Positions 9,459 to 18,954 of a stretch of DNA of 64,000 nucleotides are shown here, in pieces. Within the stretch, counting starts at the first letter, position 1, and every line of letters begins with the position of its first letter. The position numbers and the translations under genes are program-made. The notes under the pieces were generated by a model, which worked only from the letters and a program-made list of their open reading frames with translations, made no database searches and was not told the DNA's origin. Source of the stretch: an uncultured delta proteobacterium (GTDB lineage: Bacteria > Myxococcota_A > Polyangia > Polyangiales > Polyangiaceae). The stretch covers positions 3,328,001 to 3,392,000 of the forward strand of contig CAWAIF010000003.1 of the NCBI GenBank assembly GCA_963782055.1, written 5' to 3'.

Positions 9459-11249
9459 CTACTGCTCGTCGACCGAGACGACCTCCATCTCGAAGGTGAG
9501 CGTCGCGCTCGGCGGGATGGTGGGCGGCCGCCCGGCGCTGCCGTAGGCCAGGTCCGGCGGGATGACGAGCGTGCGCTTCTCCCCCTTGCGGGCGCCGACC
9601 AGGCCGTACTCCCAGCCCTTGATCACCACGTTCTCGCCCAGCGCGAAGGGGAAAGGCGCCGAGGCGTGCTCGTCGAAGACCTTCCCGCTGTCCAGCTTGC
9701 CGGTGTAGCGGACGCTCACCTCGTCGCCGAAGACGGCCGCCCTGCCGGAGCCGGCCCTGGTCGTCGTGACGCGCAGGCCGGTGTTGCTCGCGAGCGCGGC
9801 CTCGTAGACCTGCGAGCGCGGCGTGCCGGACGCGACGAGGCGCTTGGCGTGGGAGAGCTCGTCCTCCACGACGCTCTCGAACTTGGCGTAGGGCTGCGCG
9901 CCGGAGAGGCGGCGCCCGTTGATGAAGAAGGTGGGCACGCCGGTCACCCCCAGCGACTTGGCGAGCATGATGTCGCCGTCGATCTCGTGGCCGTGCTTGC
10001 GCAGGGTGATGGCCGAGTCGGCGGTCGCGCGGGGGACTCCGTGGGTGGCGGCGACGTCCAGCAGGTCGTCGCGCCGGAAGCCGGAGGTGCCGCCCGGGCC
10101 GCCCTGCTTCGCGAAGATGGCGTCGTGCATGCTCCAGAAGGCCGCCTCGCCGTTGCGGGCGCGCGCCTCCAGGGCGACCTCCGCCGCGGGCGCTGCCTGC
10201 GTGTGGAAACGGAGGGGGTCGTTCTTCCAGACGATGCGCAGGCTGTCGCCGTAGGTCGTGCGGAGCTGCCTCATGGTGGCGTCGGCCTTCAGGCAGTACG
10301 GGCACTGCAGGTCGCTGAACTCGACGATGGTCACCAGCGCGGTCTTCGGCCCGAGCGTCGGGCTGTCGCCCACCGCCACGTATTCCATCGGCGGGGAGGG
10401 GGACTTGGTGGTGGCCGTCGTCTTCGGCTTGGGAGCAGCGAAGGCGGTGGTCGACGCGCGGACGTAGACATGGTCGCGCGCCACGCCCGAGGCCACCAGC
10501 GTGCGGGCGCGCGCCAGCTCGGTGTCGATGGTGGTCTGGAAGGTGGAGAGCGGCTGGGCCCCCGACACCTTGACGCCGTTGATGAAGGAGGTGGGCGTCC
10601 CGGTCACGCCGAGGGACTTCGCCAGGGTGGCGTCGTCGTCGACGCGCGACGTCCACTTGCCCGCCGAGAGGCCGTCGACGACGTCGTCGCCGTTGACGCC
10701 CGCCGTGGCGGCCCAGCTGCGGTAACTGGAGGCGCGCAGCGCGCTCTGGTCGTCGACGCAGCGGTGCGCGAACTGGAAGAAGGCGTCGCTGCCGCCCTGC
10801 TCGAAGACGCCGCGCGCCGCCTCGGCCGCCTCGTGCGCGTGCGTGTGGAAGGCCAGAGGGTCGTTCTTCCAGACGACGCGCAGGTCCCCGTGGCCGTACA
10901 GGCTCTCCAGGCTGTCGATGGTCGTGGTCAGACGCTTGGTGAACGGGTCCTGCAGGTCACCGAAGACGACCATGGTGACCAGCGCGTCGCGGTCGCCGTG
11001 CATCGGATCATCGGAGGAGATGGGCACCGGCGAGGCCGTGTCACTCCAGGCGGCCACCGTGGCGGCCTTCGTCGCGACGGCCTTCGCCTTCCCGCGGTGC
11101 ATCCGGAAGGCCATGATGGCGCCGGCGCCGGCGACGACCATCAGCGCCACCACGATCAGCCCGACGACGAGGACGATGATCCACGGGCCGCGGGATGGGG
11201 GCGGCGGCTGCGCTTGCGGCGGCCCGAACGGTGAGTACCCCTGTTGCAT
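9459..11249 (-). CDS. Membrane-anchored tandem DsbA/thioredoxin-4 domains fused to an FKBP-type PPIase (596 aa)
   Basis: Pro-rich N-terminus and TM (WIIVLVVGLIVVALMVVAGAGAI). Domain 1 FGDLQDPFT..GTPTSFING; domain 2 FSDLQCPYC..GVPTFFING; FKBP VSVRYTGKLDSGKVFD..VIKGWEYGL..IPPDLAYG..IPPSATLTFEMEV. Confidence 0.88.
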   Translation of the reverse strand: MQQGYSPFGPPQAQPPPPSRGPWIIVLVVGLIVVALMVVAGAGAIMAFRMHRGKAKAVATKAATVAAWSDTASPVPISSDDPMHGDRDALVTMVVFGDLQDPFTKRLTTTIDSLESLYGHGDLRVVWKNDPLAFHTHAHEAAEAARGVFEQGGSDAFFQFAHRCVDDQSALRASSYRSWAATAGVNGDDVVDGLSAGKWTSRVDDDATLAKSLGVTGTPTSFINGVKVSGAQPLSTFQTTIDTELARARTLVASGVARDHVYVRASTTAFAAPKPKTTATTKSPSPPMEYVAVGDSPTLGPKTALVTIVEFSDLQCPYCLKADATMRQLRTTYGDSLRIVWKNDPLRFHTQAAPAAEVALEARARNGEAAFWSMHDAIFAKQGGPGGTSGFRRDDLLDVAATHGVPRATADSAITLRKHGHEIDGDIMLAKSLGVTGVPTFFINGRRLSGAQPYAKFESVVEDELSHAKRLVASGTPRSQVYEAALASNTGLRVTTTRAGSGRAAVFGDEVSVRYTGKLDSGKVFDEHASAPFPFALGENVVIKGWEYGLVGARKGEKRTLVIPPDLAYGSAGRPPTIPPSATLTFEMEVVSVDEQ

Positions 11250-11309
11250 GGCCGCGGGACTATACCCGCGGCGTGCCGCCCCGTACACGCGGACATGCCG
11301 CGGGGTGAC

Positions 11310-13673
11310 TCACAGGGCCACCAGCTCCGGCGCCAGCGCGGAGAGCAGGTCGAGCGTCACCGCCTTGCGCACGCCGGACGGGTCCGCCGGCCCCACGCAC
11401 GCCGGGCACCCCGCGGCGCACGGACAGGACGCGACGAGGTGGCGCGCCCGGCCGAGCAGCGGCGCGCGCAGCGCGAAGATGCGCTCGGCGAGGCCGGTGC
11501 CGCCGGGGACGTGCTCGTAGAGGAAGAGGGTGGGGGTGTACTCCTCGCCGTGCGGTCGCCCGGTGCCCGTCGCGTCGCCGAGCGCGACGCCGAGGTCGCG
11601 CGGGTCGCACATGAGGGCGAGGGTCGCCACTGTCTCCAGCGCGCGCCCCGCGCCGCGAAGGCCATCCACCACCGCCGCCTGCCCCGCCGGGTGCGACGCG
11701 GCGACGCCCTCCGGCACCGTCAGCCAGAAGGCGGTCGTGTGCATCTGCATCTCGGGCAGGCGCACGTCCCCGTAGCCGGCGTTCTCGTGCGTCTGGAACT
11801 TGATCTTCTTGTACCCGACCACCTTCTCCACGATGCAGACCTCCCCCCAGCTCGACGGCCACGCCGCCCGAGGTGACGCGTCGGCGGAGGAGGAGACGTC
11901 GATGACCGAGATCTGCGTGTGGGTCATCGCGTCGGTGAAGTAGTCCGGCTTCACCGCGCGCACGTACGCCTTGTGGTTCTCGTAGTCGAAGCGCTCCACC
12001 TGCCAGCACTCGCCGTCGTGCTGGTAGATCGCCTGCTCGTGCAGCATCGTGTGGGCGCCACGCCAGTCCAGCTCGGCGAGGGTGCGGTCGTGCTCGGCGT
12101 CGATGATGACGACGTTGTCCCAGCCGATGCTGCGCAGCGAGACGTCGTTGGCGGGGTAGGCGTCCGCGGCCCAGTGGTAGGTGCCGGCGGCCTCGTGCAC
12201 CACCCCGTGCTGCGCCAGGAAGGCGAGGGCGTCGGCGGTGTCCTCCGGGCCGAGCGAGCCGAACGCCTCCCCGCGCCGGAAGGGCAGCTCGAAGGCGGCG
12301 CACTTGAGGTGCTGCACCAGCACCTCCACGTTGTCCGGGTCGATGCGCGCCTCCTCCACCGGCGCGCCGAGGAGGTACTCCGGGTCGCGCGCGAGGAACT
12401 GATCGAGCGGCGCGCTGCACGCCACCAGCACGCAGATGCTCGTCGTGGCGCGGCGCCCCGCGCGCCCGAAGCGCTGCCACATCGCCGCGACCGAGCCGGG
12501 GTAGCTGGCGCAGATGACCGCGTCGAGCGCGCCCACGTCGATGCCGAGCTCCAGGGCGTTCGTCGCCACCACGCAGAGGATCTCCCCGCTCCGGAGCCGC
12601 CGCTCGATGTCGCGGCGTGTCTCCGGCAGGTAGCCGCCGCGGTACGCCATGATGCGCGCCGGGTCGATGCCGTCCTCGGCCACGGCCTCGCGCAGGTAGC
12701 GCAGCATCGTCTCCACGCTGTTGCGCGAGGGGCCGAAGACGATCGTCGGCACCTCGGCCCGCACCAGGTCCGCCGCGAGCATCACCGCCTGCTTCACGTA
12801 GCTCGCCCGGATGCCCAGCTCCTCGTTGACCACCGGCGGGTTGAAGAGGAAGAACTTGCGGCCGCCGGTGGGCGCGCCGCTCTCGGCGACCAGGTCCACC
12901 TCCTCCTCCGGCAGACCGAAGAGGCGCGCCGCGTGCTCCCGCGGGTTGCCGATGGTCGCCGTCGCGCCGACGAGCGTCGGCCGCGCGCCGTGGAACGCCG
13001 CCACGCGCATCAGCCGTCGGATCACGTTGGCGACGTGCGACCCGAAGACGCCCTTGTAGGTGTGCATCTCGTCCACCACCACGTAGCGCAGGCTCTGGAA
13101 GGTGCGCGCCCAGCTCGCGTGGTGCGGGAGGATGCCGGTGTGCAGCATGTCCGGGTTGGTGACGATGATGCGCCCCTTCTCGCGCGCCGCGCGCCGCGCG
13201 TCGCCCGGGGTGTCGCCGTCGTAGGTGACGACGCTCGCCGGCACGCCCGCCGCCCCCATCAGCTCCCGCACGCCGGCCTCCTGATCCCGCGCGAGCGCCT
13301 TGGTGGGGAAGAAGTAGAGCGCGCGCGCCTCCGGGTCCTCGCGCAGCGCCTGCAGCACCGGGAGGTGGAAGCAGAGGCTCTTGCCGCTGGCGGTGGGCGT
13401 GGAGACGACGAAGGCGCGGCCGCGCTCGGAGAGGGCGAAGGTCTCCGCCTGATGCGTGTAGAGTGCATCGATCCCCCGCGCGCGGAGAGCGCCGGCGAGC
13501 GCCGGGTCGAGCCCCGGCGGCACGGGGGCGAGGCGTGCGGGGCGGGGGAGGTAGTCCTTCTCCGCGGCAAAACAGGGGCGGACGTACCGGCTCTTCAGCC
13601 AGCGCTCGAGGACGGGGTCGATCCCCCGGACGCGCGTCCAGGGCGCGGGCGGGCGACGTGACGAGAGCTGCAT
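11310..13673 (-). CDS. DEAD/DEAH-box helicase with DUF1998 C-terminus (MrfA/YprA/Hrq1 family)
   Basis: LYTHQ, PTASGKSL, FPTKALARDQ, TNPDMLH, DEMH, ATNALELGIDVG, QRFGRAGR, C-terminal CPCAAGCPAC. Confidence 0.9.
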   Translation of the reverse strand: MQLSSRRPPAPWTRVRGIDPVLERWLKSRYVRPCFAAEKDYLPRPARLAPVPPGLDPALAGALRARGIDALYTHQAETFALSERGRAFVVSTPTASGKSLCFHLPVLQALREDPEARALYFFPTKALARDQEAGVRELMGAAGVPASVVTYDGDTPGDARRAAREKGRIIVTNPDMLHTGILPHHASWARTFQSLRYVVVDEMHTYKGVFGSHVANVIRRLMRVAAFHGARPTLVGATATIGNPREHAARLFGLPEEEVDLVAESGAPTGGRKFFLFNPPVVNEELGIRASYVKQAVMLAADLVRAEVPTIVFGPSRNSVETMLRYLREAVAEDGIDPARIMAYRGGYLPETRRDIERRLRSGEILCVVATNALELGIDVGALDAVICASYPGSVAAMWQRFGRAGRRATTSICVLVACSAPLDQFLARDPEYLLGAPVEEARIDPDNVEVLVQHLKCAAFELPFRRGEAFGSLGPEDTADALAFLAQHGVVHEAAGTYHWAADAYPANDVSLRSIGWDNVVIIDAEHDRTLAELDWRGAHTMLHEQAIYQHDGECWQVERFDYENHKAYVRAVKPDYFTDAMTHTQISVIDVSSSADASPRAAWPSSWGEVCIVEKVVGYKKIKFQTHENAGYGDVRLPEMQMHTTAFWLTVPEGVAASHPAGQAAVVDGLRGAGRALETVATLALMCDPRDLGVALGDATGTGRPHGEEYTPTLFLYEHVPGGTGLAERIFALRAPLLGRARHLVASCPCAAGCPACVGPADPSGVRKAVTLDLLSALAPELVAL

Positions 13674-13793
13674 CCGCCCATACTAAACATCCGTGCGGTA
13701 CCCTGTCCACGCGGCAACGAGCACGCGCCGCCGGTTTCCGCCTTTTCTCTCGCGACTGTAGCGGGCGCGTGGTAACCCACACGGGCTCGTTTT

Positions 13794-14669
13794 ATGACCG
13801 ATCCCGAGCAGCCCAAAGCCGCGGAAAATCCGCCCCCGGAGCCACCCCTGGAGCCTGCGCCCCCGGAGGGGCCGCTGGCGCCTGAGCCGGTCCTGCCGCC
13901 CACCCCCAAGGACGCCCCCGCGGCCGTCCCGAGCCTCATCGCCCCGGACGTACCCCGCCTCGGGATGCCCACCGGCGCCGGCCGTCACATCCCGGCCGAG
14001 GGCTCGCCCTCCTACATCTTCCTCGCCATCGTCTCCATCACGACGCTGGGCGTGGACATCGCCTCCAAGCTCTGGGCGGAGAAGATGCTCGACCTGCGGC
14101 CGCCCATCACGGTCATCAAGAACCACATGGAGTTCATCCTCGCCCGCAACAAGGGCGGGGCGTGGGGCCTGCTGCAGGGCACGAGCGAGTCGGTGCGGCG
14201 CCCCTTCTTCCTGCTCGTCTCGGCGCTCGCCATCGGCTTCATCGTCACGCTCTTCTCCCGCCTGCAGCCGCGGCAGCGCGCGCTCAGGTGGGGGCTGCCG
14301 CTGGTGCTCGGCGGCGCGCTGGGCAACGTCTTCGATCGCATCCGTTACGGGTGGGTCATCGACTTCATCGACGTGCACACCGCCTACAAGGGCATCGATC
14401 ACCACTGGCCCACCTTCAACGTGGCGGACATCGCCATCTGTCTGGGCGTCGGGCTGATGGCGGTGGACATGCTCACGTCCAAGCGTGGGCCGAAGCGCAA
14501 GGCAGACGCGAGCCCGGATCAGCCCGCGCCGGCCGCGTCGCCGGAGAGCGCCCAGCAGGGGGCGGCGGCGGTGGAGTCGTCGGAGGCCGCGCCCGCGGAG
14601 CCTGCCGCGCCGGAGCCGAAGCCCGATGAGGCCACGGTCGGCGAGGGAGAGACTCGCGCCGCCGGGTGA
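13794..14669 (+). CDS. lspA: Lipoprotein signal peptidase II with Pro/Ala-rich terminal extensions
   Basis: DIASK, NKGGAWG, GGALGNVFDR, VIDFI, WPTFNVADIAI (catalytic Asp pair). Confidence 0.92.
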   Translation: MTDPEQPKAAENPPPEPPLEPAPPEGPLAPEPVLPPTPKDAPAAVPSLIAPDVPRLGMPTGAGRHIPAEGSPSYIFLAIVSITTLGVDIASKLWAEKMLDLRPPITVIKNHMEFILARNKGGAWGLLQGTSESVRRPFFLLVSALAIGFIVTLFSRLQPRQRALRWGLPLVLGGALGNVFDRIRYGWVIDFIDVHTAYKGIDHHWPTFNVADIAICLGVGLMAVDMLTSKRGPKRKADASPDQPAPAASPESAQQGAAAVESSEAAPAEPAAPEPKPDEATVGEGETRAAG

Positions 14670-14673
14670 GCGC

Positions 14674-15603
14674 GTGCGACCGGAGCTCTTCAACCTCTTC
14701 GGCGTCGGGTTCCCGGCGTACTTCGTCCTGCTGGTCACCGGCTTTTTGTTCGCGACCACCGCGGGCGTGCTGTGGGCGAAGCGCATCGGCCAGAGCCCCG
14801 ACGTCATCGTCGACCTCTCCCTGGCGATGCTCCTCAGCGGCGTCGCCGGCTCGCGCATCCTGCACGTCTTCGCCGATGGCTACTTCTGGGACTACGTCCA
14901 CCTCTGCACCGATCCGTCGAGGGTGACCTGGCCGCTCGACGCACACACGTGCCTGTCGGCGGCGTACGGCGGCGTGTGGGACGCGGCGGCGCACGCGTGC
15001 CACCCCGGCCACCGCGACTGCCTCGCCTGGGCGAAGTTCTGGGCCGGTGGGCTCACCTACTACGGCGGCTTCATCGGCGCCGCCGTCGGCGCGTGGTTCT
15101 TGCTGCGGCGGGACAAGTTCCCCTTCTGGAAGGCGGCGGACATGGCGGGCTTCGCCATCCCCATCGGCCTGGCGTTCGGGCGCATGGGGTGTCTGCTGGC
15201 CGGCTGTTGCTTCGGATCGGTCTGCAACCTGCCGTGGGCGCTCTCCTTCCCGGCGCGTAGCCCGGCGAGCGACGAGCAGGCGCGCGATCACCTCCTCGCC
15301 AGCTCCCACCTGCCCAGCCTCCCCGTCCACCCGACGCAGATCTACGAGTCGCTCGGCTCTCTCGGCATCGCCGTGGTGTGCCTGCTCTGGATGCACCCGC
15401 GCAAGCGCTACGACGGCCAGGTCTTCGTCCTCTTCCTCGTGCTCTACGCGGTGGTGAGATTCCTGCTGGAGGTGCTGCGCCGCGACGATCGCGGGGGCGC
15501 CTTCATGCTCTCCACCTCGCAGCTCATCGGCCTCGCGATGATCGGCGCGGCCGTGGTGATTCATCGCTTGCGCACCGGCCCGCGCGCAGCGGCGCCGGCG
15601 TGA
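14674..15603 (+). CDS. lgt: Prolipoprotein diacylglyceryl transferase with Cys-rich insertion
   Basis: GLTYYGG, AD..GRMGCLLAGCCFG, HPTQIYE, YAVVRFLLEVLRRD, STSQLI. GTG start 4 nt after the lspA stop. Confidence 0.88.
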   Translation: MRPELFNLFGVGFPAYFVLLVTGFLFATTAGVLWAKRIGQSPDVIVDLSLAMLLSGVAGSRILHVFADGYFWDYVHLCTDPSRVTWPLDAHTCLSAAYGGVWDAAAHACHPGHRDCLAWAKFWAGGLTYYGGFIGAAVGAWFLLRRDKFPFWKAADMAGFAIPIGLAFGRMGCLLAGCCFGSVCNLPWALSFPARSPASDEQARDHLLASSHLPSLPVHPTQIYESLGSLGIAVVCLLWMHPRKRYDGQVFVLFLVLYAVVRFLLEVLRRDDRGGAFMLSTSQLIGLAMIGAAVVIHRLRTGPRAAAPA

Positions 15604-15645
15604 AGCTTTCTCGCCCGTCGGCGTCGGCTGGTGCATAATCGTCGA

Positions 15646-15972
15646 GTGAGCACTTCGCTTCGTCGCACCTTCGCCTGCCTCATGGTCGCCGTGCCGCCGC
15701 TCGTCCTCTTCGCGTGCTCGTCGTCCGACGTGCGGCCCGCGCCGCTCGGTGACTGCACCGGCAACTGCGGCAACTCGACGGACGCGACCGTCACCGTCGA
15801 CGCCGGCAACGACGTGCAGAGCACCGGAGACGGCGCGACGGGCGACGCGGCCCCGCTCCCCGATGGCGCCCAGCCCGACGGGGCGCTCCCGGACGGCGGC
15901 TTCCCCGACGGCGCGCTCCCCGACGGGAACCCGCCTCCGGATGGTGGCGGCCTGGACGCCGCCACCGAGTGA
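15646..15972 (+). CDS. Small lipoprotein with CxGxC motif and PDG(A/G)x repeats
   Basis: Basic N-terminus, hydrophobic stretch and lipobox LFA-C; CTGNC; 15-nt repeats encoding PDGAQ/PDGAL/PDGGF/PDGAL/PDGNP. CATAAT lies 6 nt before GTG 15646. Confidence 0.7.
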   Translation: MSTSLRRTFACLMVAVPPLVLFACSSSDVRPAPLGDCTGNCGNSTDATVTVDAGNDVQSTGDGATGDAAPLPDGAQPDGALPDGGFPDGALPDGNPPPDGGGLDAATE

Positions 15973-16022
15973 CGGCGCGAACGCCGGTCGTGTGAGCGCC
16001 GCCTGGTGGTAGGCTGCGCCGC

Positions 16023-16907
16023 ATGACGGCACAGGTCCTGGACGGTCGCGCGCTCGCCGAGTCGGTGCGCGCGGAGGTGAAGACGGGCGTCGATGGCTTC
16101 GTGAAGGAGCACGGCCGCGCGCCCGGGCTGGAGGTGGTGCTCGTGGGCGAGGACCCCGGCAGCGTCGTCTACACGCGCAACAAGGAGAAGGCCGCCGGGG
16201 AGGCGGGCATTCGCGGCAAGCTCCACAAGCTGCCCGTCAGCACGACGGAGGCGGAGCTGCTCGACCTGGTCCGTCGCCTCAACGCCGATGACGCGGTCGA
16301 CGGCATCCTGGTGCAGCTCCCGTTGCCCAAGCACATCTCCGACCAGAAGGTGATCGAGACGATCGACCCGGCCAAGGACGTGGACGGCTTTCACCCGATG
16401 AACGCCGGGCTGCTCGCCGTCGGCCGCGCCGATCGCGCGATGGTGCCTTGCACGCCGCGCGGGTGCATGAAGCTCATCGCCCTCGCCGGGGCGAAGGTGG
16501 AGGGGGCGCGCGCGGTGGTGGTCGGCCGCAGCAACATCGTCGGCAAGCCGGTCGCGCAGCTCCTGCTCGCGGCGCACGCCACCGTCACCATCGCCCACTC
16601 GCGCACGGTGGACCTGGCCGCGGTCTGTCGCGAGGCGGACATCCTGGTCGCCGCCGTGGGCCGGCCTCACCTGGTGCGCGGCGACTGGATCAAGCCGGGC
16701 GCCGTGGTCATCGACGTCGGCACCAACCGCATCCCCGCGCCGGAGAAGGGGGAGGGGAAGACCCGCCTCACCGGCGACGTCGCCTTCGAGGAGGCCAAGG
16801 AGGTCGCCTCGGCGATCAGCCCGGTCCCCGGCGGCGTGGGCCCGATGACCATCGCAGGGTTGCTGGAGAGCACGCTGATCGCCGCGCGCCGCCGGATGGG
16901 CGCGTAG
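16023..16907 (+). CDS. folD: Bifunctional methylenetetrahydrofolate dehydrogenase/cyclohydrolase
   Basis: [54 protein letters not shown]. Confidence 0.97.
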   Translation: MTAQVLDGRALAESVRAEVKTGVDGFVKEHGRAPGLEVVLVGEDPGSVVYTRNKEKAAGEAGIRGKLHKLPVSTTEAELLDLVRRLNADDAVDGILVQLPLPKHISDQKVIETIDPAKDVDGFHPMNAGLLAVGRADRAMVPCTPRGCMKLIALAGAKVEGARAVVVGRSNIVGKPVAQLLLAAHATVTIAHSRTVDLAAVCREADILVAAVGRPHLVRGDWIKPGAVVIDVGTNRIPAPEKGEGKTRLTGDVAFEEAKEVASAISPVPGGVGPMTIAGLLESTLIAARRRMGA

Positions 16908-16910
16908 CGC

Positions 16911-17795
16911 TCACATCAACTTGTCGAGCAGCCGGTCCAGCGCGTCCAGGTCCGCGTAGGGGATCGCCACCTCGCCGCGGTTGCCGCGATCGCGCACGAG
17001 CACCTTGGTGCCGAGCGCGCGCGAGAGGCGCGTCTCCAGGTCGCGCACGCTGGCCGCCTTCGCCGCCTCGCGCTCCTTCTGGCCGGTCACCGCCGCCTTC
17101 TTCGCGCCGCGCACCAGCGCCTCGGTCGCGCGGACGTTGAGCTTGCCGCGCAGCACGCGCTCGGCGAGCGCCTCGATGGCGTGCGCGCTCTCGGCGCCCA
17201 GCAGGGCGCGCGCGTGCCCCTCCGAGAGCTCGCCGGTCACCACCTTCGCCCGGACGCCCGCCGGCAGCTTCAAGAGGCGCAGGCTGTTGGCGATGGTCGT
17301 GCGGTCCTTGCCGAGGCGCTTCGCGAGCGCCTCCTGCGTGTAGCGCGACTCCTTCACCAGGCGGTCCAGCGCCTCCGCCAGCTCCACCGGGTTGAGGTCT
17401 GCGCGCTGCACGTTCTCGATGAGCGCCAGCTCGAACGCCGCCTGCGGCGAGACGTCCTTGACGACGACCAGGACCTCCTTGAGGCCCGCCTTCTGCGCCG
17501 CGCGCCACCGGCGCTCGCCGGCGATGATCTCCAGCCTGTCCGTCGCGCCGAGGCGCCGCACCACCAGCGGCTCGATGAGCCCATGCTCGCGGATGGACTG
17601 CGCGAGCTCCTCCAGCGCGTGCGGGTCGAAGTGCTGGCGCGGCTGCCCGCGCTGCGGCACCACCTTCTCGATGGCGCAGGAGAAGACGCTCCGGTCGCCA
17701 TAGCCGCTCGCCTTCGGCGGGTGCGTGGGCAGCAGGGCGTCCAGGCCCATGCCCAGCGCGCGGCGCTTGCTCGCCGCCGCGGGCTTGTCAGCCAT
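16911..17795 (-). CDS. parB: Chromosome partitioning protein ParB
   Basis: N-terminal ALGMGLDALL ParA-activating peptide, QPRQHF, IAGERRWRAA (CTPase), LIENVQRADLNPVE, HTH DRTTIANSLRLL, LSEGHARALL. Confidence 0.95.
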   Translation of the reverse strand: MADKPAAASKRRALGMGLDALLPTHPPKASGYGDRSVFSCAIEKVVPQRGQPRQHFDPHALEELAQSIREHGLIEPLVVRRLGATDRLEIIAGERRWRAAQKAGLKEVLVVVKDVSPQAAFELALIENVQRADLNPVELAEALDRLVKESRYTQEALAKRLGKDRTTIANSLRLLKLPAGVRAKVVTGELSEGHARALLGAESAHAIEALAERVLRGKLNVRATEALVRGAKKAAVTGQKEREAAKAASVRDLETRLSRALGTKVLVRDRGNRGEVAIPYADLDALDRLLDKLM

Positions 17796-18603
17796 GGATC
17801 AGCTCCTTGGCGAGCGCGAGGTAGCCCTGCGCCCCCTTGGACTGCGCGTCGTAGAGCAGCGCCGGCTTGCCGTGCGACGGCGCCTCCGACAGACGCACGT
17901 TGCGCGGGATGACCGCGTCGAACACGCGGAAGTGGCGGCGCACCTCGTCGGCGACCTGATGCGCGAGGTTGTTGCGCGGGTCGAACATCGTCAACACGAT
18001 GCCCTCCACCTCCAGCGCGGGGTTGGTGCTCCCCTTGACGCGGTCGATCGTCGCCATCAGGTGGGTGAGGCCCTCCAGCGCGTAGTACTCGCACTGCAGC
18101 GGCACCAGCACGCAGCTCGCCGCGGTGAGCGCGTTGACGGTGAGCAGCCCGAGCGAGGGCGGGCAGTCGATGAACACGTACTCGTAGCCGCGCTCGGCGA
18201 GCACCGGCTGGAGCACCTTCTTCAGCTTGAAGGCGCGGTCGGCGTCGTCCACCAGCTCCAGCTCGGCGGCGACGAGGTCCTGCGTGGAGGGCGCGACGTC
18301 CAGGCTCTCGATGTCCGTCGGCCGGATCACCTCGGCCAGCGGGAGGCGGCCGATGAGTGCATCATACACGCTCTTCTCGACCGTCCGCGGGCGCACGCCC
18401 ACGCCGGAGCTGGCGTTGCCCTGCGGGTCCATGTCGATGAGCAGCGTGCGGCGCTCCGCCGCGGCGACGCTGGCGGCCAGGTTCACCGCGGTGGTGGTCT
18501 TGCCGACGCCGCCCTTCTGGTTGACGACGCAGATGACCCGCGGCGCGCCCTTGGCGTTGCTGCGTGTGGAGGAGCGGGGCGCGGCCATCGGCGCGGCTTG
18601 CAT
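17788..18603 (-). CDS. parA: Chromosome partitioning ATPase ParA/Soj (start uncertain, 18588-18618)
   Basis: NQKGGVGKTTTAVNLAA, IDMDPQGNAS, IDCPPSLGLLT, PLQCEYYALEG, IPRNVRLSEAPSHGKP. Overlaps the parB start. Confidence 0.95.
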   Translation of the reverse strand: MQAAPMAAPRSSTRSNAKGAPRVICVVNQKGGVGKTTTAVNLAASVAAAERRTLLIDMDPQGNASSGVGVRPRTVEKSVYDALIGRLPLAEVIRPTDIESLDVAPSTQDLVAAELELVDDADRAFKLKKVLQPVLAERGYEYVFIDCPPSLGLLTVNALTAASCVLVPLQCEYYALEGLTHLMATIDRVKGSTNPALEVEGIVLTMFDPRNNLAHQVADEVRRHFRVFDAVIPRNVRLSEAPSHGKPALLYDAQSKGAQGYLALAKELIHG

Positions 18604-18954
18604 AGCCCGGCTCCACAAATCTCGCGCGTGTTTTTTGGTCGACCCCAGGGCGAGTAGTATGGTGTCGGCAGATGTAGGACATGGTGGTCAAAACGATGCG
18701 ACGCAACCTCCTCGATGATGTCTTCCACCCCCGCCACCAGGCGGAGGCCGATCTCGTCGAGAGGGTGCTGCGGGAGGGTTTCTGGGTGCAGCGCGATCCG
18801 GGGAACCGGGGCGCGCGCATCATCCGCATCGACACGCGCCGCGCGCGCTGACGCGGCTGGCCGGCGACCACCCGGCGGTTATCGAAGTCCCCCGCGCGCG
18901 CGAGCGCGACGGCCGAGAAGTGCCCAACGACGACACGTGGAGGAGGAACGAATC

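Noticed and set aside
11310..13673. DISARM/Druantia defence system
   Set aside because: The DUF1998 helicase has no methylase, PLD, SNF2 or other defence partner nearby.
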